The translations under genes and the position numbers were made by a program. Under the pieces are notes generated by a model. That model was not told where the DNA came from and ran no database searches. It saw only the letters and a program-made list of their open reading frames with translations. A stretch of 63,873 bases of DNA, counting the filler, from Octopus bimaculoides (Eukaryota), in assembly GCF_001194135.2 (NCBI RefSeq). It is 6 parts of 4 records of this genome, joined end to end, with 100 filler letters (N's around TTAATTAATTAA, not from the genome) between each part and the next. Parts side by side here need not be neighbours in the genome. Positions count along the whole stretch, not along the records: positions 1 to 28,076 come from NC_068982.1; 5 more parts are not named here. One strand, given 5' to 3'. Below are positions 13,858 through 27,032 of this stretch, in pieces. The stretch's first letter is position 1. Each line of letters starts with the position of its first letter.

Positions 13858-13894
13858 TCTTTCTGTTGAAGAGCGAAGCTCGAAACGTTAAAGA
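13858..13894 (+). ncRNA. Minimal type-I hammerhead-ribozyme-like motif (variant core)
   Basis: TCTTT-CTGTTGA-A-GAGC(GAA)GCTC-GAAA-CG-TT-AAAGA. Stem I is TCTTT/AAAGA, stem II is 4 bp, and stem III is the palindrome AACGTT. The core differs from CUGANGA at position 6. Confidence 0.55.
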
Positions 13895-14740
13895 CTTTCC
13901 GTATTCCCGAGCGTCATACTAATACATCCTTTTGTTGTTTACACCACCTGTCCTCGTCTGTTGTTGTTTTTTCGTACATTCTCCCATATATATATATATA
14001 TAGAGAGAGAGAGATNNNNNNNNNNNNNNNNNNNNNNNNNNNNNNNNNNNNNNNNNNNNNNNNNNNNNNNNNNNNNNNNNNNNNNNNNNNNNNNNNNNNN
14101 NNNNNNNNNNNNNNNNNNNNNNNNNNNNNNNNNNNNNNNNNNNNNNNNNNNNNNNNNNNNNNNNNNNNNNNNNNNNNNNNNNNNNNNNNNNNNNNNNNNN
14201 NNNNNNNNNNNNNNNNNNNNNNNNNNNNNNNNNNNNNNNNNNNNNNNNNNNNNNNNNNNNNNNNNNNNNNNNNNNNNNNNNNNNNNNNNNNNNNNNNNNN
14301 NNNNNNNNNNNNNNNNNNNNNNNNNNNNNNNNNNNNNNNNNNNNNNNNNNNNNNNNNNNNNNNNNNNNNNNNNNNNNNNNNNNNNNNNNNNNNNNNNNNN
14401 NNNNNNNNNNNNNNNNNNNNNNNNNNNNNNNNNNNNNNNNNNNNNNNNNNNNNNNNNNNNNNNNNNNNNNNNNNNNNNNNNNNNNNNNNNNNNNNNNNNN
14501 NNNNNNNNNNNNNNNNNNNNNNNNNNNNNNNNNNNNNNNNNNNNNNNNNNNNNNNNNNNNNNNNNNNNNNNNNNNNNNNNNNNNNNNNNNNNNNNNNNNN
14601 NNNNNNNNNNNNNNNNNNNNNNNNNNNNNNNNNNNNNNNNNNNNNNNNNNNNNNNNNNNNNNNNNNNNNNNNNNNNNNNNNNNNNNNNNNNNNNNNNNNN
14701 NNNNNNNNNNNNNNTATATATATATATATGCATATATGTA

Positions 14741-14892
14741 TACGACGTGTTTCTTTCAGTTTCCGTCTACCAAATACACTCACAACGTTTTGGTCGGCCC
14801 GAAGGCAGTTCCCCAAGGTGCCACGCAGTGGGACCGAATCCAGAACCATGTGGTTGGGAAGCAAACTTCTTACCATACTGCTACGTTCCGCC
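14741..14892 (-). mobile_element. SINE family A, 5' half
   Basis: Reverse complement of the head and body seen at 7518 and 26787. Confidence 0.8.
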
Positions 14893-15054
14893 TATAAATA
14901 TGTGTGCGTGCGTTTCTTTTTTTTTTTTGTGTATTTGTGTGTGTGTGTGTGCATGTACATACAGCATACTATCAACAAATGACAATTGTGAATTCCTTCA
15001 ATTCTACGTACCCAGCCAATTCTGGTTTCCGACATGTTGATACAGCCTGCGACT

Positions 15055-15056
15055 GG

Positions 15057-15135
<79 letters not shown>
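15055..15135. repeat. (TATC)n microsatellite
   Basis: Directly visible. Confidence 0.95.
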
Positions 15136-15137
<2 letters not shown>

Positions 15138-15165
15138 TTCTCTGTGTGTGTGTCTCTCTCAAGAT

Positions 15166-15198
<33 letters not shown>

Positions 15199-16234
15199 CA
15201 TGTATGTATGTATGTATGTATGTATATATGTACGCATATATGTATATATCTAAGTATGTGAGAAAGTATGCATATATAACAAACAAAAGAAGGAAGATAT
15301 TGGTATTACGTCATTATACAGTTACTATCGTATCAGCAACGAGTAGGATAGTCAAATCATTTAACATTTTGGAGCATATATAAACAATGATCTTGCCAGC
15401 TCATGCGATTTAATAAACAAAGCTGCCATCTCGTCCCAGATTTCAAACAGTGCAATTCAGTTTCAATCGGCCAAACATGGTTATAACCATTACCAGTGAG
15501 AAGTGTTTAGAATTTTGCAGCGAGAAAGAAACTTTGTTGAAATTTCAAGAGAGACACAGGAAGTAATGATATTTAATTGTCAAAAACCTCCATAGAGAAC
15601 TAGATAATTTCGATTATGCATCAAGTACACTTGTTCTAGTGAGATAAAAGATAGGTAATGTAGTAAGTAGTCTAAGCAGAGAGGAAAGTATTTAAATTTG
15701 AGTAGCAGCAACTACAGAGTTATTCCCAAAGGGACATTAATTAAGAGGAAGGAGAAATCGAGTGAAACGTCTAGAAAACAAAAGTCGGCAGATAGCGAGG
15801 AGAAAGAGAAAGAGTGGGAAAGAGAGCAGAAAAGTGAAAGATGAAAATATTTAAGAAGAGGACTATGAAGAATAGAAGAACAGAAAATAGAATGATAGGA
15901 GCAAGGACATACAATTAAAGGAGCTGATTAACAATCCATGAAATCGAGTATATCAAATCATACGAGAATATAATATTATAATGAAGTATGATGAAATATA
16001 ATTATAACAATATATTGAATCAGTAAATGGTTATAAAAGAAACTGAAAAATTGTAGAAATAATCATTATGACAATTAGAAACGAGATAATTAAAGGATGA
16101 TTAATATTCTAAGATTTAGTTAATACTTTTATAAAAGATTAAAAGGGGTTGCAAGACTAAAAGTAGAGAAATATCACAGAAGGAAGAATTGGAATGCAAT
16201 CGATAGAAATATGTATCTAATTTTATATACTTTC

Positions 16235-16276
<42 letters not shown>

Positions 16277-16576
16277 TACAAAAATAAGAGGAATGACCAG
16301 CAAATGTGGATCCCTATATGCTAGAAATAGATGCCGAATCATCTAACCACGAAAGAAATATGTTCTCAGTAAAAAATTTAGCGACAAATGGGCAAGACAA
16401 ATGAAAAAATACTAAATTACTTTTTTCATTTTTTTTCATTTGTCTTGCCCGTTTACAGTCTGTTTTTGTCGCAAAATTTTTTACTGAGAACATATTTCTT
16501 TCGTGGTTAGATGATTCGGCATCTATTTCTAGCATATAGGGATCCACATTTGCTGGTCATTCCTCTTATTTTTGTA
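16277..16576. repeat. Long inverted repeat (fold-back) with ~130-bp arms
   Basis: Left arm TACAAAAATAAGAGG...GGGCAAGACAAATGAAAAAA pairs with 16434-16576, with a substitution and a ~14-bp indel. Confidence 0.9.
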
Positions 16577-16663
16577 TGTAATATAATTTTAATCCTCGGA
16601 TTCTTTAATATGCTAGACCACTGGTTTTAATTGATTAATTTCAATTTCTACCCTCATTAATTA

Positions 16664-16724
<61 letters not shown>

Positions 16725-17296
16725 TTAGCAACATGGAATCCTTAAAGAGCTTCCATTGAATAGATATAAACAACGGATTAACAAGTCATTACGTTTATTA
16801 ATAAGTTCTGAATTAAACTCTAGAATTTCAAACGGCTCCATGCAATATAATTGCAACAACCCACTCACTTTATACTGGAGTGCAATCCGTATAAATAACC
16901 AATACTTCTTCCTTTAGACACTCAAATAAATTTTGCTAATGATGTACTATATAACTTGCGTTTATCGTTAAAAGAATGTATGTGATTACTCCACCTAGAT
17001 TTAAATTTTGACACTGTAGCATGGATATAGCATTATATTCTATCAGGTATTTAGGTGGAACATTGATATACTAAACTTGTTCGGAAGTACTGGATACACA
17101 ACAGGAAAACGTCATAAGCAGGGAGGGTTGGAATAATTTAAGTATCTTAATCGTTTTTGCTGTTCAAATACATGCTCCAAGGCACACTTCATTATTTTCA
17201 AAATATATTTTTGTTTCGTTAATCAAATTACAAAGGAAAAATATATGTTCTACTCACTTCTGCCGGCGATAAGTTAGGACAATAGCGCCTAGAGTA

Positions 17297-17298
17297 AT

Positions 17299-17345
<47 letters not shown>

Positions 17346-17364
17346 TATCATCATCATCATCATC
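17297..17364. repeat. (ATC)n microsatellite
   Basis: Directly visible. Confidence 0.95.
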
Positions 17365-17799
17365 AATGTTGTTGTTATCGACGTTGTTCTTTTTTAATTG
17401 TGTTACTGATGATGGCGTCCTTGCATTGCTTGTGTATATTGCTAATTTTCTTATTTTTATATATTCTCGTCGTTTTTATTTTTAATATCAGGTTTGAAAT
17501 ATTAAAAGAAAAAAAAAATAGGAAGTATTTTTTAATTCTTTATGTGTGGTTTAAGATAATGTATCTACGTGTAGGTGATGTACATTACATACAGAGAAAG
17601 TAAATTGAAAACGTTCACAAAGTTTGGGTGAAGAATTCAATAAAATCAAATAAAAATAACATCAATCTGATACTGATAACAAAAACAACAATAATATATT
17701 GTTGTTAGTGTTGTGGTTGGTGTTGTGTAGAGTAAAGAAAGAACACTATCCGCAACCAGATATTCGAAAAGTGATAGAAACAGTAGGGAAATTCAAAGA

Positions 17800-18142
17800 G
17801 AAATGGAAGAGCAACAGAAAAAGCAAGTGGAAATAAATAGAATTGTGTGGCCAAATTCATGCAACAAACCAAATCCATTGGAATGATATATCGCTGGCTC
17901 TGGCTGATTGACAGGAACTTGAAACGAGAGATGAAAACGCTATTTATAGCTGCTCAGAAACAAGACATTAGAACAAATTTAATAAAGGCAAAAATCAAAG
18001 ACACTTCAGCCAGACAGCAAATGTAAAACCTGCAGGAAAGGGGACGAAAGTGCTAATTACCTTTTGAGTGAGAGATGTACACTAGCACAAAAGGAGTACA
18101 AGTGCAGACATGACTGTGTAGGCAAAAGAGTATATTGCGAAG
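17800..18142 (+). mobile_element. R4/Dong-like (REL-endonuclease) LINE fragment, zinc-knuckle region
   Basis: Frameshifted WLIDRNLKREMKTLFIAAQKQDIRTN...DSKCKTCRKGDESANYLLSE...LAQKEYKCRHD matches the pre-endonuclease CCHC region of these clades. Confidence 0.75.
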
Positions 18143-18149
18143 GTAAGTG

Positions 18150-18344
18150 AGTTATTTGACTACGGCCATGCTGGAGCAAGGCCGTGCTCCAGCATGGCCT
18201 TTAGTCGAACAAATCGGCTCCAAGACTTATTCTTTGTAAGCATAGTACCTATTCTATCAGTTTTTTTGGCCAAACCACTAAGTTACAGGGACGTAAACAC
18301 ACCAACATCGGTTGTCAAGCGATGGTAGGGGACAAGCACAAACA

Positions 18345-18384
<40 letters not shown>

Positions 18385-18400
18385 TACACACACACACACG
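18150..18400 (-). mobile_element. SINE family A, 3' half
   Basis: Reverse complement of the tail and body of other copies. Confidence 0.8.
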
Positions 18401-18502
18401 CACAAATATACACGTGTACGTTACTAACTTTAAACTTCCTGCTCCGTTTAAAAAGAAATTATCATAAACAATAAAAATTTAAGTATGTGAAGTATTATTA
18501 CC

Positions 18503-18897
18503 GTTATAAACAGTACTAATGAGGTGGCCAGCAAAACTTCCACCTATACAGGTACAATATGAAATAATTGAAGAAGAGAAGTGAATATTTTAGAAATAGA
18601 TGTCTAATACTATTTCCAACTGATGATTGCTTAGCATGTTTGTCATGCAAAGCCTGAAATCAATTGATACTTGCATACGTATTATTTATCTTCGTATTCC
18701 ATTCTGAAGGTAAGCCTATTTTTGAAAATGTTCATTGCATTGCTCGTGTGTATATTTATCGTAAGACTGGTGGTTTTTGAAGCTGTCGCTTTGATTTTTA
18801 GCAAGCGGTATCTTTACCCTTCTTTTCTTCAATTATTTTATATAGTACCTGTATAAGTAGAAGTTTTGCTAGCCACCTCATTATTACTGTTTATAAC
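18503..18897. mobile_element. Fold-back or MITE-like element with ~79-bp imperfect terminal inverted repeats
   Basis: 18503-18581 is the reverse complement of 18819-18897 with scattered mismatches. Confidence 0.6.
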
Positions 18898-18899
18898 AA

Positions 18900-19140
18900 T
18901 AATATGGATCTTTGGTGCTACGCAACGCCGCCCACTTCGGCTTTCAATTCCAGAGTTGGGAGTCAGACCTTCCAGGATTTTCCATATGTATACAGTGCAT
19001 ACCTTTTCTCTCAAGGGAGTAGAGCTCAGTCCCTTTAGCCTCTCCCAGTGTCTCATTTGTATCAGTGAGTCAATATCCTTTGTGTAGTGCGGCTGGATTG
19101 CCTCAACTTCCACCACCAGTTTGACGGTCAACAGTGACTT
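18900..19140 (-). mobile_element. CR1-group LINE 3' fragment
   Basis: EAIQPHYTKDIDSL...HWERLKGL...VYIWKILEGLTPN...RSGRRC resembles the CR1 ORF2 C-terminus (LExVQRxFTK...ERLxxL). Confidence 0.65.
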
Positions 19141-19189
19141 CAGTTGAGAGCACAACATTCATCATATATATATATATATTATTTTATTT

Positions 19190-19587
19190 TATTCTTTTAC
19201 TTGCTTTAGTCATTTGACTGCGGCCATGCTGGAGTAACGCCTTTAATCGAACGATTCGGTCCCAAGACTTATTCTTTGTAAGCATAGTACTTATTCTCTC
19301 GGGATCTTTTGCCTATGCGCAAAGTTACGGAGACGTAAACACACCAACATCAGTTGTCAAGCGATGGTGGGGGGACAAACACAGACACACAAATACACCC
19401 CCCCCCACCCCCACACACACATGTATACGACGGGCTTCTTTCAGTTTCCGTCTACCAAATCCACTCACAAGGCTTTGCTCGGTCTAAGCTATAGTAGGAG
19501 ACACTTGCCCAAGGTGCCACACAGTGGCTTAACCCGGAAACATCTGGTTGGGAAACAAGCTGCTTCTTATCACACAGTCACTCCTGC

Positions 19588-19588
<1 letters not shown>
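19190..19588 (-). mobile_element. SINE family A, full length
   Basis: Complete reverse-complement head, CORE-like region, body and tail. Confidence 0.88.
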
Positions 19589-19622
<34 letters not shown>

Positions 19623-20944
19623 AGTACATGCGTATACGTTTAATAAAATTTCACACATACATAGTTTTGCATAACTTTTTCCCGCATCTAATTGGCCAAT
19701 ACTACCTTCCAAATTTTCCAAAAAACAATTTCCTTGTCAATCAATAACATTTTTTTATTTTATTTTATCTATTCCTACATTTTTAGGGTTCCAATATACG
19801 CGTACTGTACGCTTGTTATGTAGGATTTTATATTTGTCTCTTCATAATCATCTGACGTTTGGAATCGCGAAACTCAGAGTAACGTCTTCTGATATCTTCT
19901 AATCAATTATTTTGATTATACATATGTGCGCGTGTGTGTGTGTGTGTGTATGTATACATATATATATAAATGTGTGTGTATATATACATGTATATATATT
20001 TTTTTTTATATACACATACACATGCACATATACATAGACTTGCCACGCACGCACGCACACACTATCACATACACTCACGCACACACTTTGTGGTATTGTG
20101 AAAACATTGCATTCATAATTGAGAGATAGATTCCATGAGAGAAAACAGTAAGTGAAATACGTATATATGTGCGTATGTGTATACACACACACTGACATAC
20201 ACATATATATATAAATATATTATATACACGTGGAAAATATAAAAATAAATAGAATAAGTGTGAGTGAAAAAAAAACAAGCAAATGTAAAAGGATAAATAC
20301 AAAGAAAGTAAAAATAATAAAAAAGGAAAGAGAGCAAAATAGCATAAGATAAAGTTGCATATCTATGTAAATGCTAATTAATTTAGTTAAGAAAACATCT
20401 ACCTACGGCGACCTTTCCATGTAATCATTCCATATCGGTGTTCTCTTATTATTTCAGTTGATATTATTTATGCTGTTGCTACTCTCTTGCTGTTGTTGCT
20501 GGGGTGTTTGAGCNNNNNNNNNNNNNNNNNNNNNNNNNNNNNNNNNNNNNNNNNNNNNNNNNNNNNNNNNNNNNNNNNNNNNNNNNNNNNNNNNNNNNNG
20601 GGGGGGGGGAGTGAGAACTGTGATATTAGTTATTGCTATTCTGCGTCAATTGCAGTTGGTGCCGTGCATTCGGTTGCTGTTGAATTAAAGAATACTAAGC
20701 AGGCATCTTTGCGACAATTGTTTCGCACTTCGGTTAGAAATATTTTATTTGTAGATGCCTAAGTAACGAGATACAAATAAACTCTTACACGAGTCTTAAT
20801 TTAGAAATAAAAATCTTTTAGCCCCAATCCATTCTGTTTTAAATGATTTTAGTCAGTACTAAACAATTGTGTTTACACCTTTTGCAGAGATTCTGAAACT
20901 TGTCAAATAGAAGCAGTTAACATCCCTTTCGTGTATGGCGACAA

Positions 20945-21300
20945 CGGCTCAAAATTTGGGGGAGGTGTTCGTCGGTTACACCAGCTCTAGTGCTCAACTT
21001 GTACTTATTTTATCTAGCGCGTAAAGATGAAAGACAAAATCGACCCTGACGGAATTTGAACTCAGAACGTGTTGATGGACGAAATGTTACGAGGCAGTTT
21101 TTCCGGTGTGCTAACGATTTGTATCAGCTCACCGCCTTTAATGCAGTTGATATGAAACCTGAATACTAAAGTGGTAAGGTGGAAGAATCGTTTGTGTTCA
21201 AATTCCGCCGAGATTGATTTGCCTTTCATTCTTTCGGGGTCGATAAAATAAGTACCAGCTGGACACTGTGGTCGATGTAATTGACTTATCCCTTCCTCTA
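20945..21300. mobile_element. Two SINE family B copies in divergent orientation (- at 20945-21140, + at ~21165-21300)
   Basis: Shared GCCTTTCATTCTTTCGGGGTCGATAAAATAAGTACCAG-type central domain and tRNA-like head. Further copies at 27290-27440 (+), 45195-45310 (+) and 62560-62760 (-). Confidence 0.75.
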
Positions 21301-21309
21301 ATTTGAGAT

Positions 21310-22300
21310 CAATATTAAATCTGAATACGTGAATGTCGACGATTGCATGAGGAAAGCGGATAAGGAGAGAATTCCATAGACTTGGAGGTCTGTGGAATAA
21401 CTATCTAGTTAGTATGTGAGCTGGGATCAGATAAACAAAATGGGTAATAAGGGAAGCAGAAGAGAGTAGGTGATGTATGGTTTGGTCATGGTGTGTATGA
21501 AGAGGTCACTGGAATGCGCCTTTGTTTCAGAAGTAAATGTCTTAAATCCATGCTAATCATTGGCGTTACTCTTTTTGAAGGTGAAAGCAATATTCCATTT
21601 AGCTTTGTCGGTAATTATTTCCAGCTTTAACATTTTCTGACGATGAAATAAAAGGTTACTCCTCAAGCATAAAGCTGGGCTATGTTATAAATTCAACACT
21701 CAAAGGCAGATGAGCGGTGATTATGAAGCATAGCATGTGCAGCGAGTCAAAATGGGAGATATGAAGTATGTTGTCCTACACAAGTGAAATCTAGGATTAC
21801 TTCCTAGATTTGTGAAAGGGATGTGTTCTTCTGCTAACATACGTGTCTAATTTACAATATTCCCACGGAAAGGGACTAAAATTGAAGAAAGTGTGTTAAC
21901 AATTCTCCTCAGCACTTTCGGGATGCTAGACGTGAAAGCAATAACTCGGCGCTTTCTAAGGTCAAAACAAGTGAAAGTTTAAGGAGTTGTGCAGTGTATT
22001 ACATGATTCCAGTAGTAAAGCTAGATTACTCTAGAGTGGAGTGCACTGATTGAGAATACTGAAAGGGTTAGTATCCGTGTCGCTTTGGAGATGCTTTCGC
22101 AGTTGAAGATTTAATAAGGAAGAAAATTTGTTAGATATTTTGTCGATAGCGTTTAATGTTGTGTTGGATGTAACTCGGGCAGAAAACAGGAAATGTTTAT
22201 TGAGAAACACTACTTACATTGCTACCATATTTGAAAGGCGGTGAGTTGGAATATTCTGTAAATTTGGTATAGTCCCTTTCGGAAAGGGAATAGTAGGACC
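21310..22300 (-). mobile_element. Heavily decayed CR1/Jockey-group LINE ORF2
   Basis: Frameshifted remnants PFPKG(D)Y near 22290 and LFHRPPSLWNSL...VFRFNID near 21400-21310. Confidence 0.45.
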
Positions 22301-23744
22301 TACTGTAATCTAGAGGTCAGACGAGCTTGCGGTATGAACACTGCCAGAGCTTACAGTATGAATAACCACTCACTTGCTAGAAGTATGTGATTTTCCACCA
22401 GACGTCGTAGGTAATATTCTTAGAATTTTCTACTTCATTGCTGGAACGTACGAACTATTTGCGGGATTAGGGGTTATCAGTTTTGTTATATGAACAATGA
22501 GAAAAGACATTCTTTCAAGATGGCTTTGCTTACGTCACATCTGTGTCGGATTGATTAGGTTTAAAGCTTACAGTTAGTTGATAATAAGTATACCAGCTTA
22601 AACTTATAAACGCGCAAAATCATTCGTTCTTCATACTCGTTCGGTCGAAGAGATTGTAAGATTTGAATCGCATATTTTGTTACAAAAGTAAATTTATTTA
22701 ATATATGATTGCTGAAGCAATGATAGGAAGATCTGAGAGGTGAAGATAATTCAGTACTTTGGTAGAAAATGGATTTGAAAATGAGAAAGAAAATGTTTTA
22801 TCCCGAGCGGTCATAAAACTCAGCTGAAAGTCATACTGGGATGGTGATGTTACGAAATAATATTAGACTGATTAATATAAGTCAATCACAAACATTCTCC
22901 AACTTTCATGACATGGGATGGAGAGTCGCTGAGGAGGTTACAGAACATGAGATGTAGAGTCGCTGAAGAGGTCACAAGAAGTTTGACGAAAGATTTAAGG
23001 CAAAGGACACAAAAATAATAATAACAATAATGCTGAAGTGAAAAACGACTATATAGTGAGTGGGTTTATTTGACAAAGCAAAAATCACCATCTTGAAATA
23101 TAAATAATATATATTCTATTCATTTTTGTCTTTAATGAATATGAGTATAAAATCATTAAATCTGTAAGAGGTACAGCTTGTTAAATTTACCCTCATATAC
23201 AGCTGGTTGCTTGTACTTATTTCAAAATTTCATAATATGAGAAGCATGAAAGACCACTCGAAGGTAATTTTACCCAAGAATGAAATCGAAATAACTCATT
23301 TATAGAAAGTATTTTGTCTCATGCTCTAAGATTTTATAACAACAGCTGTCATCTTACAAACTATAATATATCAGATACTACAGAAACATGAGTGCTAAAT
23401 GAATATGTACCTATTCTCACTGCGTTGTGCAAACGCAAAAATAACAAGTGAAAAACAGCTCATCATCAACAGATAGTGAATGGTTGTACAATCTTTCACA
23501 TGGCAGCTTCTCTCAGAAATTAATTTACTCCAGAGTGTATTCTAGTCTCACAAACAACCACACACAATCACGTAGCGAATTTGAATGATTTCTAAAATAA
23601 TAGTATGATATCAAACATACACGAAACAGTAACAAGGAATTTTAGCTGTGGACAACCATAAAGGAAGTGACAATTGCTGGGAGGCTGAAACCTGTATAAA
23701 GGCAGAAGTGAGATTTCTTTCAGTTTCTACAGTGAATAGCTTAG

Positions 23745-23935
23745 TAATAATTCATTGATTGCCATTACAGATCTAAGCAGAACAGGGATTCACCTATTAA
23801 GAAATAAGTTGTCCTTAATAGTGCTGTACACGTGGATTTACAAGACACTTATTAACAAGAATGCGTATGTTCTTGATGAAATGGCTCTCCGATACAGGTC
23901 TCTGCATTCCAATTTTATCAACAATACTTTTGGAA
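23745..23935 (-). mobile_element. CR1-type reverse transcriptase fragment
   Basis: FHEVIPKVLLIKLE resembles FDKVPHxxLLxKL, followed by decayed RT sequence. Confidence 0.4.
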
Positions 23936-25099
23936 TAACTTCGTGAAACCTACTTGAAAGAAAGAGGATTTATTACTTTTATATATTCGTAGTATTTATT
24001 TTTGTTCTATCTTCTATTCCATCGTACTGTCGTGTGTGTAACTCCAGACATTACAACATATAAAAGATAGCCAACTTAATTTTGTATTGAACTATTGGCT
24101 CATAGTCCATGAGTTCGAATCTACTGTCATTATTTAGTTTGGTTTCTAACAAATCATTCAAGTTTTCGATCTCTGATGTTCCAGCTATATGTGACGCAAA
24201 CGTACGTTTTTACTGAGAACATTTTGTCTTTCCAATTAAGTTCTGGCTCTTTGAAAACTCTTGAACATTCCAGTTTACTTCTTGCTAGTTTTTTTTCCTA
24301 CAGATTTTTTGAATTTAGTAATATTTACTGACAGAAATTCAGAATCTCCAATAATTGTTACCTGTCACAACATGTGGTACTGGTACCAGAATTAAAAAAA
24401 TGGCAGATTAGCTCCAGGGGTCAATTTTAAATTAAGAAATTTTCACTCAACCATTCACTACGGACAAGCATATTGAGAAACATGTTACACTCGCTATTCA
24501 AACAATATTCCTCTTTAATGTAAACGAAAACAGATTTTAATTTCTTAAAATAAATCTACAATGACACATCAAATGTTTTCTTCATACTCAGGAAAACATA
24601 CGTGAAACTATCACAATATTTAGTAACAGTAAACGACTTAAAAACTTCGAAGTTCACATGGCGACCCACTATACTAAACGACATCCTTAAATATCTATAC
24701 ATTTTATCTTTGTTTCACTAAAGTACTTAAATAATAAAGTACTTAAATAATAAAACAATATCAAAAACTGATATTAAAAGCATCTATACATGATAAAATT
24801 ATAATAAACACAAATCCGGCATCTTGCAACCATTAAACATTTACATACAAGCAAATATGCAAATATACGCACACATGCATATCTAATGTTTACTACACTA
24901 AAATGACACATAAATACGTAGGCAAAGTTTTAAGACACCAGTACAGTCTAGAACCACAAGCTCACATTAGTTGTTGTAATATGGGAGCATATGCTGAAAC
25001 AGCGCGTCGCTGCATCCACCATTTATTGGCGATTTCTTACTCCTGGCGGATGACACTTTTGCAATACTCAGGCGACAACCCTCTAACCTTGTGTCTATT

Positions 25100-25345
25100 T
25101 GGGTAGTTTTTAATTGTGAGGGTTTTACAAGATCGGAGTGCTAATCTTATCCCAACTTCTTTAGTCGTCTTTTACGACACAGAGGAAACGTTGGGTCTAA
25201 TTTTTGACATACAGATCCCACACAGTACTAGAGCAGCGTAAAATGGACTTCTTTGCTTAAGAACACAATACGCCATCTGGTCCGGGAATCGAATCCTCGA
25301 TCTGACGATCGTGTAACTCCATAGCCACACGGCTACGTGCCTTCA
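25100..25345 (-). mobile_element. SINE family C (tRNA-derived)
   Basis: The - strand reads GGCACGTAGCCGTGTGG...GGATTCGATTCCCGGACC...TTGTGTTCTTAAGCAAAG. A related copy lies at 61600-61735 (-). Confidence 0.65.
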
Positions 25346-26530
25346 ACATTGTTCTCATTAATGTGCTTCCATTAAAAAGAATATTATCGAACACAAACAT
25401 TGAGAGGAAGCACCTCAGTGACTTTTGCATATTTGTAATTATGCACTACCCACATACATGAGTGTTTGCTTGTGTGTGTCTGTGTGTGTGTGTTTGTCTG
25501 TCTGTCTGTAAATAAATATATATATGTACAGACAGACAGTGATATGTGAGGTCATATTTAATATGTTCTTTTACATCCTGATAAGAAAATACTTTACTAC
25601 TCCAATTTTCGCTAGAGAAGTATTTTTCCAGCTGACAAAATTTTCGCACATAAGCAAATGTACCACTTGCTATTTTAATACAAAACAGACTTTTTATTAG
25701 AAACCACGAATGATGACTCACTATAAGTTACTGATTAGGCATTGTGATGCTGAAACACAGGCGTCGTAGGTCCTGATTGCGTTATTCATGGCCTGGTGGT
25801 GTGTTTACTCCTGTGATTATACGCATATTGTCTATCTGTAGAATTTCTAAGCTCGCGCCACCCTGTGCAGCGTAATGTCTTTCCATGTCTGAATGTACAC
25901 AGGAATGTTAAATATTACTCTACGTAGTTACTTTTCATTCAACGTTATACCTTGAAAATCTCTACGGTTTAACTTCATGTTTAACCTCGTGTTGAACAAC
26001 ATAATGTAAGCAATATAAACAGTTAAATGTTGCAGCTAAGGAACAGCAGAGAGATAAATTACCCAAGCTGACATAATTTTTCAAAGACGAAATTAAAATT
26101 TGGCATGACAGTTAAATTGTTCCTTCAAAGAAAGAAACGACATTTTAAATATCTGTTTATGTCAGTGTGAGGAACTCGGTTGTTACATTGGCATGCGCGT
26201 ATCTGTGTGCATGTGTATGAGTGTATGCGTATGTATGTGCGATATAAATGGAAAAGTAGAGAGAATGAAGCTATGAGAACTGTAAGCATGGATTCAGACA
26301 GACTGCGGTTCTCCAATAAACGCGCAAAATCATCCTCTATTTATACTTGTTCGGGCGAAGAGACTGTAAGATTTGAATCGAATATTTCCACCAAAACTAA
26401 AGTTATTTAAGGCATGATTGATGAAAATGACCAATGAGATTTTAAGGAAAATGAATCAGTCAGTGACAACCTAAATGCATGGTCGTGATTTTCATCCTCA
26501 CCTGATAAGAGAACTTTTACTCTAACTGAT

Positions 26531-26566
<36 letters not shown>

Positions 26567-26786
26567 TCTGTGTGTGTTTAAGAAGTTCAATCCAAAATAA
26601 TGTCATTTGTGCGGTACCTTGGGCGAGTACCATCAACTATAACTACTATAGCTCTACTATAAAATAACCATTATTAACTTAACGCATCACAATCCGATGG
26701 TGGCTTAGCTGGCCCAAACTTCGAATTCACTGTCAATACTATTTTTGTTTAAGAATAGTAAACATGCGGTGGAATATAAATGAACG

Positions 26787-26948
26787 GGCGCAGGCGTAGC
26801 TGTGTGTTAAAAAGCTTGCTTCTAAACTACATGGCTCGTGGCTCAGTCTTACTCCGTGGCACCTTGGGCAAGTATCTTCCACTATAGTCACAAGCCGACC
26901 AAAGCCTTTTGAGTGGATTTGGTAAACAGAAACTGAAAGAAACCTGTC

Positions 26949-27032
<84 letters not shown>

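Noticed and set aside
22590-22710. ~120-bp segment shared with 26317-26430
   Set aside because: An old dispersed repeat that I could not classify; no additional signal.
26787-26870. tRNA genes
   Set aside because: The tRNA-like A/B-box segments are SINE heads followed by SINE bodies, with no full cloverleaf.
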